From assembly GCA_946965045.2 (NCBI GenBank), contig OX337238.1, positions 930,001 through 994,000 of the forward strand: a DNA stretch of 64,000 bases, written 5' to 3'. Positions 10,411 to 20,775 of the stretch are shown in pieces. The stretch comes from Epithemia pelagica (Eukaryota > Protista > Bacillariophyta). The notes beneath the pieces were generated by a model. That model was not told the DNA's origin. It did not search any database and was given only the letters and a program-made list of their open reading frames with translations. The translations under genes and the position numbers were made by a program. Numbering within the stretch: position 1 is the first letter of the stretch; each line of letters starts with the position of its first letter.

Positions 10411-13400
10411 ATGGCTTTGGATTGGAGTTTGTTACCTGGTGTAGCCCAGTGTGGCGATGGAACACCAGTCGGCGTTTACCAAGACGGGGATTGGTTCAGA
10501 GGCGATTCACCACGGGAACACTCGGTTTTGCCTTCTGCTACTAAAACGGAAACAACGTCAAAGCAAACGTATGAAAGAAACTATCTCCTTGTTTTCCTTG
10601 GTTCCGGCGCCTGTATCACACAAGATTAATGCAAAGACACTCTAACAAACAAGCCACATTCAGTTTCGTCTAACCATGTTCCCACACAAATTCGCGGCGA
10701 CGCCATTTTGTCCAATGATCCGCAAATCAATCCAACCCTCGACCAGCATATCAAACTTGCCACCTATTACTGCTCACAAGACTTTTATCTGGGATCAGGT
10801 GTTCGCGTCAATGGCATTCTCCGAGATGGCGATGCCTACTTTCAAGGTGTCCTGGATTACTTTGTCAAACAACACGAAGAATGGCTCTCTGTTTCACAAC
10901 AAGACGAAGAACCAGAAATGGGACAGTTGGTAGTGGCGGGCATTTCCGATGCAGGAAGTCTCGGAGTGTTGAATCATTTGAATGCCATTTGACAAGTGGC
11001 CGCGACTCTTGGTGCACGAGAACTAAAAATCATGGTCGATTCGTCCTTACTCAGCGACGACCATGACGTTGCCTCCCTGACTGATGAGGTTGGATTGATT
11101 GTGGACACCGATCGACACCCCCTTTGCGACACGGCCGCTTTTTCCATGCACGAGTCGTTGACGTCCCTCCCATGTTGCTTGTCCACACACTGTCTTGCTC
11201 GCCATGGAAGCTTCCTCCCCCCTTCACCACCACCAACATCACAGCCAATTGCTGTTCCGGACGAATCCTTTCTCTTGCTCGATTCCACCTATAATGCAGT
11301 AGCAATCCTCGTGTCTTTGGATACCTACCGAAACAAGGGTATTAGTGCGATAAGTGCACAGGCAGAGCAATACAGTGCGGTTGGGGAAATTACCGGGTCT
11401 CGAATTCGAGCAACACAAGAAACCATGTACTGGGACCTTTTGGGTACTCGCTATTCTCCTTCTTCCACAACAGTCTACCCAACCGCAACCAATAGCTCAC
11501 AAGACAGCTCACAAGAATGGCCTAAGTTGGCCTGGGTTATGCCATCATGTTTGACTCATAGTTTCATTCTGCCATCATTGGAGCTTGAACATCTCGAATG
11601 TCAGCAATATACCTCATCAGGTGATATACAATATGATGACGAGGAACACAAACAGTACCATAACATGGAAGTTTGTCGAGACACGGGTGTCGGCATGACT
11701 GGCAAAATCGGTGATTTGGGCGTGACCTTGTGGTTGGATATCAACACCTGGAACTATGCCTCAGTGAATGGTACATCGGTAAAGGACACTGTTGGTCGCT
11801 TTGTATCTTCGAATGGCGTCTCCGCACTGCTTCCCGACAACGAATCTGTAGGACTATTGATGGATGACTGTGCAGGTCCCAATTGTGTCACTGATAACCA
11901 ACCACATGCCTGTCAACCTCTCTTGGAACTCGAGAATACTTATCATGAAGTCAATTTTTCCTTGAGAGCGATATGGTTTTGATATTTGGGATTCATTGTG
12001 CTGTTGGGTATCTTGCTTCGGACGACCTGGGGAGGCATTCTAGTTTCCAAACTATTACGGCCTTTGGCATCTTCGGCAAAGGTGGTCCGAAGCAGGACAA
12101 AGCAAATGACATCCAGTTGTTACGCCAAAGAGACACCCACTGTAGAACATTTACCAGGTGTGAGAATGACAGACTTGACTGTCAGGCTCAAGTCGTCTGG
12201 GAGAACCATCTTGGATAAAGTGAAACTCGATTTGAAACCAGGGACGGTCAATGGGATTGTTGGAAGATCAGGATCGGGAAAGTCCACGGTGGTAAGTGTT
12301 CTGCTGAGAAGCGGACTAGTAGACGACCATTCCAGTTTCTGTGGGTGACTCATGTGTGTTGTCGTTGCTACATTGCTTTGGTCCAGCTTGGTGCTATTAG
12401 CGGACAATCAAGTCCTGGCATTGTCCTGGACCCCGATTGCGATATTAAAATCAACATTGACGGAACGACATATCTGCGACAGCATGACTTGGTGGCCTTG
12501 GACAATTTGACACCGGCCTTGTATTTGGAAACATGCGCCGCCATTTACGGTGCGAACCAAACGTAGCTCGCGGAGGTTCAAAACTTTGTTCGTCCCTTCT
12601 TTCGGACCAAAAAGAGCGATTCGTGGAGTATCGTAGATAAGGATGATCATGGCATCCTCCGACAACAAGAGAATGATGAAACTTTGTCGTCGACAATTTC
12701 TGCGGCGCAAGCGTCATCAAATGTGACAGCGGAAAAGGATCAGGGCGATGGAATGGACGCTGAATGTGGGGATGCAATGCCTCCAATGGAACTGAAACGG
12801 AGGATTCTTCGGACAGTTTCGGGTGCCACAGAACCTACAGCACAGTTTTCCGAAACCAGTGTTTTACCATCGTCACAACGTGACACCTCAACAAAGCAGA
12901 ATGGAGTGGAATCGATGACGACGATAGATTCCTGCCAGACGAATCATGAACCATTTGAAACAAATAAAATTACCATGTGTAGCGGAGGACAGCGCCGTGT
13001 GTTGGCGGTAGCAGCAGCATTGTTGACAAATCCCTCCGTCATGCTTCTGGATGAGGTACGTTGTTTTTGTACTTTTTACTGTGATAAACTCGGAACCACA
13101 TCATCTCATTGTTTCGCTGTAGCCTCTTTCTGGTTTGGACAGTGTCGCATGCGAGCAACTCATGGAGTTATTGCATATTGTTGGTAAACGGCGAGATTGC
13201 ACCATCTTGGTCACCTTACATCAACCCTCGGATGCTATTCTAGGGTATCTAAACAAGATTGTTGTAATGATGCAAGGCGAAGTGGTCTTTGATGAATACA
13301 CAGAGGTAGTCCAATCTGCGTTGGCCATGGATAAATACCGTACAAGAAGACTTTCTGAGTTTGTCCATGGTGTCGTGAAAGATGGCATTGTATCCCAAAC

Positions 13401-14382
13401 CATGGAGTTACATCTCATTCAGTCTCGAGAACAATGGAGCGGTGCCACGGCGCTTGGTGACGACGAAACATCAAAGGGGACATCGACGATGGCTATTCCC
13501 ACGGAACACGAGAAGCGTCATCCTCTGGCCCAAGTTATGCCATTGGGACGTCGGTTTCGACTCAATTATGGATTCAACTATGCCGATCTTGTCACCTTGC
13601 CTGTGTGTTTTTCCATTTTGGCCTTTTCCTTGGGCTTTGATGCAGACGCGCCCGTCAATATCTATATGGGATGTGTTGTCATGTTCCTTGTCCCCATTCT
13701 CCTTTTTCAGCATCATTTGCATTTGAGCTGGGACATGTGGCGGACGCATCGTTGGGAATTGGACGATCGTCGAATCTTTGTGTCGTCCTTCCAAATTGCC
13801 TCTGTGGCCTTTTCCCTGTCCATGCCTCTCATTGCGACTGTGAGTTCCCTGGCTTTGGTCTATGCCATTTTGGGATGGGATTGGGCCTCCTTTCCCAATC
13901 AGACCTTGTTTGGTGTTTTGTTTCTCGTCGTGATTATGACCTTTGGTCGAAGTTTGATTCTGGCCTGTAATGGGAATTACACCATTTTCATGAGGGTCTA
14001 TCTGATTTGTATCTTTTTATTTGTTGTATTTGGTGGCTTCATGAGCACTCCCGATCAAGCTCCTGAAAGTGCGAAATGGTTGTTTGGTTTGTCCTTTGCC
14101 TTTTGGGGCTTTTCGGCCATTGTGACTTCCCAATTTGAACACAATGGTCGAATTGGGGAACAGGATGCCTGTTTGAGCTTTGCTTCCTGTGTGGTGTTTG
14201 ATGGAAACTTTTTGTCGGCCCAATCGGGCTTTTGGCCCTTTTCCAACACGGACCGAGCCCTCAAGGTTTTGTCGTGTATTTATGTCACGTTTTTGACTCT
14301 GGAATATGTGCTATTGCGATACCGTCGAGCGCAATTCCTGGACCCGAGTAGCTTGAAACAGTTGGACAAGCAACCAAAGTAG
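10411..14382 (+). pseudogene. Second esterase-ABCG fusion copy, carrying four in-frame stop codons
   Basis: Collinear with 4209-8033 and with the same intron positions (12292-12386, 13056-13122). In-frame stops at 10627-10629 (TAA), 10990-10992 (TGA), 11980-11982 (TGA) and 12564-12566 (TAG), with no frameshift. The nucleophile motif is altered to GISDAGS. Confidence 0.85.
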
Positions 14383-15079
14383 CAAGCAGCAACATGAACA
14401 CGTCAAAGACAGCCAGAACTGACAAGTGTGGCTGTCATGTCTGGCATTCGACGCAGGAATGACGGGCTCTTTTCGGGTTGTGGACTCTGTCGAGCCGAAC
14501 CAAACGATGGGACTCGTGTAGAATCACGAATCACGACTATTTTGTTTTGTCTCCCAAATAGGATGGACTTGGTGCAACGATCAAGGCAATTTTGTAAAGG
14601 ATCAGACAACAACACGAAGACTCGAAAGCCTATTACTCCTATACTCCTATTGTTTCCATTTCACGGCATGACTTCCATCTCATTTTGGCGCCTCTCGTTC
14701 TCCAGGGCGCCGGGCGACTCTAAGTGGCGCTTCCGGTCGCCAGGCAGGTGACGTATCCACTCGCAGATCGACTCCCGCCCGCGCGCACTGGGTCCACGTT
14801 CGTTTCGCCTTTCGCTCTATCATCACAAATCACTTTTGTCCACAAATCCACAAATCCACAAATCGCATTGGGACGAGAATCATCGACACGATGGAGGAGC
14901 GCTTCACTCATGGAACATTGGACATTTTATGACAGTATGTGATCGACAACGGATGATAACGTGTGGTATCCACGGCGGAGATGGATTTCGACTCCGCTGG
15001 ACAGGCCACGGCGTGTTTCGCATCAACCAACTGTGGAGAGCACACACTTTTTTGTGTTCCACCAAATTATCAAAGGACC

Positions 15080-17433
15080 ATGCAAAAACAAGTGGAACTG
15101 TCGAAGCTTGTCTTTCTTGACACTGACAAGGATGAAGAGCCACAATGGAAGTCTGACTCGTTGCCGCCTCTTTTGGGTGGATGGCGTTGTTTTCATGCAT
15201 CAGTTGTTGTGAAGGACAAGCAAACCGATCAACAGATAGTTGTTGTCATTGGCGGAGAAAAATCAAGTCGTCAAACAAATTCGGTTTTGTTGATGAATGT
15301 GGAAAAAGACAAGAAACAGTGGAAAGAAGCACCAAACCTGAATCAAAAACGAAGTGGACATGCTGCAGTCGTTTGTAATGGCTTTGTCTATGTTTTTGGA
15401 GGACACAGTGGAAGTTCACGTTTGGATTCAATCGAACGAATTGATGTTGATGATTTGTTGGAAACAACGTGTACGACTAACAACAAGAAACAATGGACAA
15501 CATTGAACTGTTGCTTGTCCACTGCAAGAAATGGATGTGCTGCTGCTGTGGTACATGATCGATTTATTGTGGTCGCCGGTGGATACAATGGAAGCGACGA
15601 CTTGTCGTCAATTGATATCATTGACACCGCTTCGCAAAATCAACCCATTGTCATTGCCGGACCTTCCATGAAGGTCGCTCGACATTCCTGTGCAATGGCT
15701 GTTGTTGACCGTCGCATCTTTGTCGTTGGTGGTGAGAATGGAAGTCCATTAAACTCTGTTGAATATTTGGAATTCGACGCAGCCTCTAAAGAGAATAATG
15801 AGCCTGCCGGTTTCACATTTCCTTCGTCAACGGAATGGATGATTCACAAGAATCTTGTTCTTTCTGTCCAGCGGTTCCGACATGCTATTGTTACAGTTGG
15901 GTCTTGTTTAATTGTGGCTGGTGGTCTTAGCCAAAAAAATTTGAAGTCCGTAGAAGTATTGGATACGGAGCGCAATGTTGTGTTCAACCTACCTGATATG
16001 ACTACCGCACGGAACGGTCCAAGCATGGTGTCCATGCCGGACGGAATTGTTGTCATTGGTGGACACAAGTTGGATTCCAATGAGATGCTTCCATTGATTG
16101 ACCTGCAGGATCACATCAAGGTACGACGTCTGTTGTGGTGCGATTTATTTTGGAATTGCATGGTCCTGGACAAATTGGTTTGGTGCATTGTCGTGCCGCC
16201 TCTTACGATGACGTTGATTGTTGTCTTTTCTACAGAACATGTGTAAAAACATAGAAAAACTCAACTGTACGATTGTACCTTCTCATCCGGAGTCCGATAA
16301 TGAGCAGGTTTTGAAAGAAGCTATTGAGGCAGAGTCGGTCCTTCCACTGATGCAGTCCTTGCGTGACCTCGACGACAAGTTCCGGTCCGTGCATAAACTG
16401 AAGGAGGTAATTGACCAACTCCAAAAGGTTTTGAAGGAGACGAACGGTTTCAAGGCGCGTATTCCAGTTGCGATCCAAAAGTTGAAAGACCTTGTTCACC
16501 TTGGTGGGTACAGTTTGGAATCTTGTGAGACATTTGAATTGATTGACAAGAAGAAACAGATCAAGGTAAGGTTAGGACTTTTGCTGCAGTGTGATTTGAT
16601 CTGTTTACAGGGATGTGAACAAACTGTCGATTGGTCTTCTACTGTCTCACGGTGATTGTGTCTTATCTTGAATACAGAGCATGTATTCATGTCGTGCCGA
16701 GCTAGATACAAAGATACAAAAACTCATTCGTGCGATTGAACGTGGGCATAAAGAGCGTCGCAATGTCAGTGCACTGGAAGAGGCCATCGAGGCGAAATCC
16801 TTGCTACCTCTTATGGAATGGCTTCGTGATCACGACGAAAAGTTCCGCTCTGTGCAAGAGCTTGAAGAAAATATTAACCAACTGGAAGGAGAACTGCAGG
16901 AGATTGACGTTCTAGAGGGATATCTTCCAATTGCTCGGAAGATTGAAGCATTGGAAAAGCTTGTTGCCAAGAATAAGAAGTTGGAAGATGAAAGGAACCA
17001 TGCTGGACAGAATTCAGAGGATGAATCGGAATCTGGCTGGGTGATAGAAAATGAAACACTTTCAGTGTCTGGCCACGCAACGGTTGAGCTCTCTGGTGGT
17101 TGCGATGGTCCCAAAGATGGATTCATCTCTGGTAGTTACGATGGTCCCAAAGATGGATTCATCTCTGGTATTTACTATGGTCCCAAAGATGGATTCATCT
17201 CTGGTAGTTACGATGGTCCCAAAGATGGATTCATCTCTGGTAGTTACGATGGTCCCAAAGATGGATTCATCTCTGGTATTTACTATGGTCCCAAAGATGG
17301 ATTCATCTCTGGTAGTTACGAAGGTCCCAAAGATGGATTCATCGCTGGTGGCTACGATGGTCCCAAAGATGGATTTGTCAAAGTAGAATATGAGGATGGA
17401 ATTCAAGAGCATGATGCTCACGGAACCCGTTGA
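15080..17433 (+). CDS. Kelch beta-propeller protein with two coiled-coil exons and a C-terminal 12-aa repeat
   Basis: Exons 15080-16120, 16236-16565, 16678-17433, with phase-0 GT-AG introns. About six GG-type Kelch blades. The ATG at 15080 was chosen because MQK(Q/E)V is conserved in the paralog. Confidence 0.85.
17104..17376 (+). repeat. 36-bp coding tandem repeat, about 7.6 copies (DGPKDGFISGSY)
   Basis: Unit GATGGTCCCAAAGATGGATTCATCTCTGGTAGTTAC repeated head to tail with no spacers. Confidence 0.97.
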
Positions 17434-18047
17434 TCGACTTGAGAATCCGGTTCTCTAAAGGAGAATGAGTTCCATTTCGTAATGTATCTTTTATGGACGA
17501 TTACCATTTATTCGTAGCGTCTATATCCATACTTATAGTACACTGCTAGAAATCCGCTTGTTCAATCTGCTGTAGAAGAACCAAACTCGAACCGAGATGG
17601 AAAAGGTCCTCTGGCTCTAAACCCTTTCTTGGTCTCGCGATTCAATGAAACTCAATGCCGGATCGCACATCCACTCTCATACTATACGCTACCATTGTCA
17701 TCATTCCACCTGTACACCAGTCATTGCGCCACAACGTCGTGGGAATCCATTAGTATTAGAGATCCTTGTAAACAGACGACTCTGGAACCGCTACCACAAA
17801 CTCGTTGCCGACAAGAATGCCCTTGTGTGGCGCACAAATGTACGCCCGTACACGTCGGTCCCACAACGTCACTGCCTCAGCAAGGCCAAGGATCCGCCAT
17901 CCTCCATTCACTACGACACTTGCGCGCGCAAGATCCAATCCTGGTCGACAGACACAAGAGACCCAACCGCCTGCATACGACCGTTGACACATATACTGCG
18001 AGAAAGTGTCGCTTCCCAACCAACACGCCGAGTGGTGGCACACTGCG

Positions 18048-20000
18048 TCACACGGAGCGTTGCAAGGGTTTCATAAAATCCACAACTTGTGGCACAGATG
18101 CATCTTCTTCTTCTTCTGCTTGTGGGCCGTCTGGTGGTTGTGGGACGGGTCGCAACCACTGGTCCACCACCGTACGATAGTCGAGGCGTGTCACGGCCGC
18201 TTCGCAATCATTGATTCCATAGGCCAATACCAATTCTTGTTGTGCGGCATGGTATTCCAATCCCGATGCAAATTGAATCACTTCGGCATTGGTGGGGTGC
18301 CACACCGAGGGCACGACAAATTCCGGCGAGAGAGTTGCGAGACGATGGGGCGGTGTGGCCGAAATGGTGTAAAAGGCATGGGTATAATGATGGCCAAAGC
18401 GGGCATAGGGATTCGCCTCGCGATCGGGAGGACGATGAAAATGAGCCACACCCAAGTATTCGTTCCGGTCCGGTAAATATACCATAAAGGCATTGGTTCC
18501 ATGGACATGAGATTTCTCCGTTGCCGCCTTTTTCTTCTTTTTCTTGTTCTTGTCATTTGGTAGAGCGTTGGACAAGCGACGAGGAACGTTTGGAGATTGT
18601 TGTTGTTGTTGTTGTTGTTGTTGATGGGGTGTGGTATCGACTGTCTCCACCGTCATGGGATCCACCCACGTGACCGCTTGCAACGGCTCTTGATTGTCAC
18701 TTGTTCTTCTTGTTGTAGTCGGAGACGTTGTGAGGAGTGCCATGTTGCGTCCACAACAAAAGGAGGTGGTTTCCGACGCTCGAATCGTGGCGCGCAAGGT
18801 CCTTGTCGTTGTTATTGTCGTTGTCCATTCCAAATGAAGTGGATTCAAGACTTGGGCATCGTATCCAAACAATTTGCCTTCGCGGTACGAGATCCACAAT
18901 TGACTGTCGTGGACAAACAATCGAGCATCGTCCAAGGAGGGTAAATGATACAGGCCACCTTGTGTTTGTGGCCGCAAAAAGCGTTTGCCCCCCGGTTTGC
19001 CATAGGTGGGAGCATCGAGATGGAGGTAAATGGTGGCTTGCGCCACGGTTTGAAAAGTGTCGGTCAACAACAAGAGGAGGGTGCGTACGGTATCCGGTTT
19101 GGTTTGATTGGGATTCCACTGAAACTCTTGGATTTGAGCGGGAGAATCCTTCCACAAACATTGCGAATTGGTCATGCACACGGTGGCAATCCATTGGATT
19201 CGATTCTTTGCATTCTTCTGGTTGTTGTGGTTGTGGTGGTTGGGTTGGTCGAGGGGCAATTGATGGTGGGGTGCCACGTCGTGTTGATAGCGCTCCACGG
19301 AGACTAGGGAAGGATTGGTGCCATCGGCAAAGGGCCATGTGGTTCTTGTGGTTGTCGTGTTGGCACGCCATTCGGTTTGATGGACACAGAGTTTGTGCGT
19401 CGAATGGGTGGGCACGAGTTGGGGCCATTGGCCATAGAGGTAGGGAACCCGTGTCAAAAAGTCGGGCGCCGTGGCCAAGTCTTGTTGCACGTCATAATAT
19501 CGATGGGGCGGATACCGTCGAAATTGACAACTGTCAATCGTGGCATGGGTGGTGGATGCTGCTTGTTGTTGTTGTTGTGGTGGAAGTGGCGGTGAACGTG
19601 GAGACAATGGTGGTCGAGGCACCGAGGCGGTCCACGCATCTTGTTGTTGGTGGTGTCGAAGGGTCGTTGTCGTGGTGGTTCCGGCCAACACGACTCTCCA
19701 CGCGTACAAACCGTACACGAGGACGAGACAAAAGGCTGTCAGACAGATCAAGACATGGATCCACCAACTTTGACAGATTCTTTCCACTAGTGGTCGTTGT
19801 TGCGGAGATTTGGCGCGTCGAAAAGCATGACGCGAAACGGAGGATGACGATGATGGTTGTGCCATTGTCCGAATCGTTGGGTGGTTGGTGGCCGCTGTGG
19901 AGGAATGACTACTACTCAATGCTGGTGTTGGTGCAGAAGCAGTAGTGCCTCGCACGGCCGATGAGACCAGCGCCGAAAAGGTGGTCATGCGTCGTGCCAT
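18048..20000 (-). CDS. Type II membrane protein with a five-bladed beta-propeller glycoside hydrolase/transferase-like domain (GH130/GT91-like)
   Basis: Single long ORF. N-terminal TM WWIHVLICLTAFCLVLVYGLYAW, a low-complexity stem, then GTNPSLV, LDDARLF, HGTN, LGVAHF, YTHAFY, IQFASGL, LAYGINDC. First in-frame ATG at 20000. Confidence 0.6.
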   Translation of the reverse strand: MARRMTTFSALVSSAVRGTTASAPTPALSSSHSSTAATNHPTIRTMAQPSSSSSVSRHAFRRAKSPQQRPLVERICQSWWIHVLICLTAFCLVLVYGLYAWRVVLAGTTTTTTLRHHQQQDAWTASVPRPPLSPRSPPLPPQQQQQAASTTHATIDSCQFRRYPPHRYYDVQQDLATAPDFLTRVPYLYGQWPQLVPTHSTHKLCVHQTEWRANTTTTRTTWPFADGTNPSLVSVERYQHDVAPHHQLPLDQPNHHNHNNQKNAKNRIQWIATVCMTNSQCLWKDSPAQIQEFQWNPNQTKPDTVRTLLLLLTDTFQTVAQATIYLHLDAPTYGKPGGKRFLRPQTQGGLYHLPSLDDARLFVHDSQLWISYREGKLFGYDAQVLNPLHLEWTTTITTTRTLRATIRASETTSFCCGRNMALLTTSPTTTRRTSDNQEPLQAVTWVDPMTVETVDTTPHQQQQQQQQQSPNVPRRLSNALPNDKNKKKKKKAATEKSHVHGTNAFMVYLPDRNEYLGVAHFHRPPDREANPYARFGHHYTHAFYTISATPPHRLATLSPEFVVPSVWHPTNAEVIQFASGLEYHAAQQELVLAYGINDCEAAVTRLDYRTVVDQWLRPVPQPPDGPQAEEEEDASVPQVVDFMKPLQRSV

Positions 20001-20775
20001 GGTGACTGGTTGTTCTCTTGTTGTTCGCAGATTCGACGATCCACGAGAGACGACCCCACAATGCCACAATCACGATCGTGGGTGTGTTTTGTGACTCGAA
20101 GAGTGACCCGGGTCCCCCAAAATCGACCAATTCCCCCCATTGTGATGGCAAAAATTGAGAGGATCCGAACGCCAGCCGCTCTTCCTAAGTACTCGAATAC
20201 GGAGTAGGTTCGTTGGATTCAATCTCCCGCCATGCGACTGAGAGATTGTATACCGAGTCGTGGATTGCTGTTCTCGCACGTGCTTCACCGAATCTTGTGG
20301 AGGCATTCGTGGCGCGCCAAGCGGATCTTGAAAAAGTTACTTAGACCATCCCTCGCCCTAAATGACCTCTGGCGAGCATTTTGTTAGGAGCCACCAGACA
20401 GCGGGTAACGTCTTGCTTGGGCTATCTTCTCTAACAAATTGACGTACTTACATCTAATTCTTTTATTCCTTCTCATATTTTTCGTTTGCACCTCCGTGGC
20501 TGTTGTTGTCGTCTCCCTAATGTAGATGTAGGCTACAAGTGGAGGAGGACAAAATCTTTTTTCAAACTCATCAGACTGTGTGTAAATCTTGTTGTTGTTG
20601 TTGTTGTTGTTGTTCCAGTGGCATCAACATTCATCGCAGGGATTTGGATTTGGGCCTTTGTTTGGGAATATCAAACACAAGAGAGGGTGCACATCCATCA
20701 CATTGAGAGTACCCCTGTCCCACTCTTCCACCAATTACGCTCCCTACTAGTACATCAGCATTCATCATCATCATC

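Noticed and set aside
10411-14382. Stop-codon reassignment as the explanation for the in-frame stops
   Set aside because: All three stop types occur internally, and all three terminate intact genes elsewhere in the window (TAA 1677, TGA 8033, TAG 23867).
17104-17376. 36-bp repeat as a CRISPR array
   Set aside because: Units are contiguous with no spacers and are in frame within a spliced eukaryotic gene.
17629-18180. Plus-strand ORFs of 143-183 aa downstream of the propeller gene
   Set aside because: No recognisable motif; they overlap the 3' end of the opposite-strand gene, and several frames are equally open.
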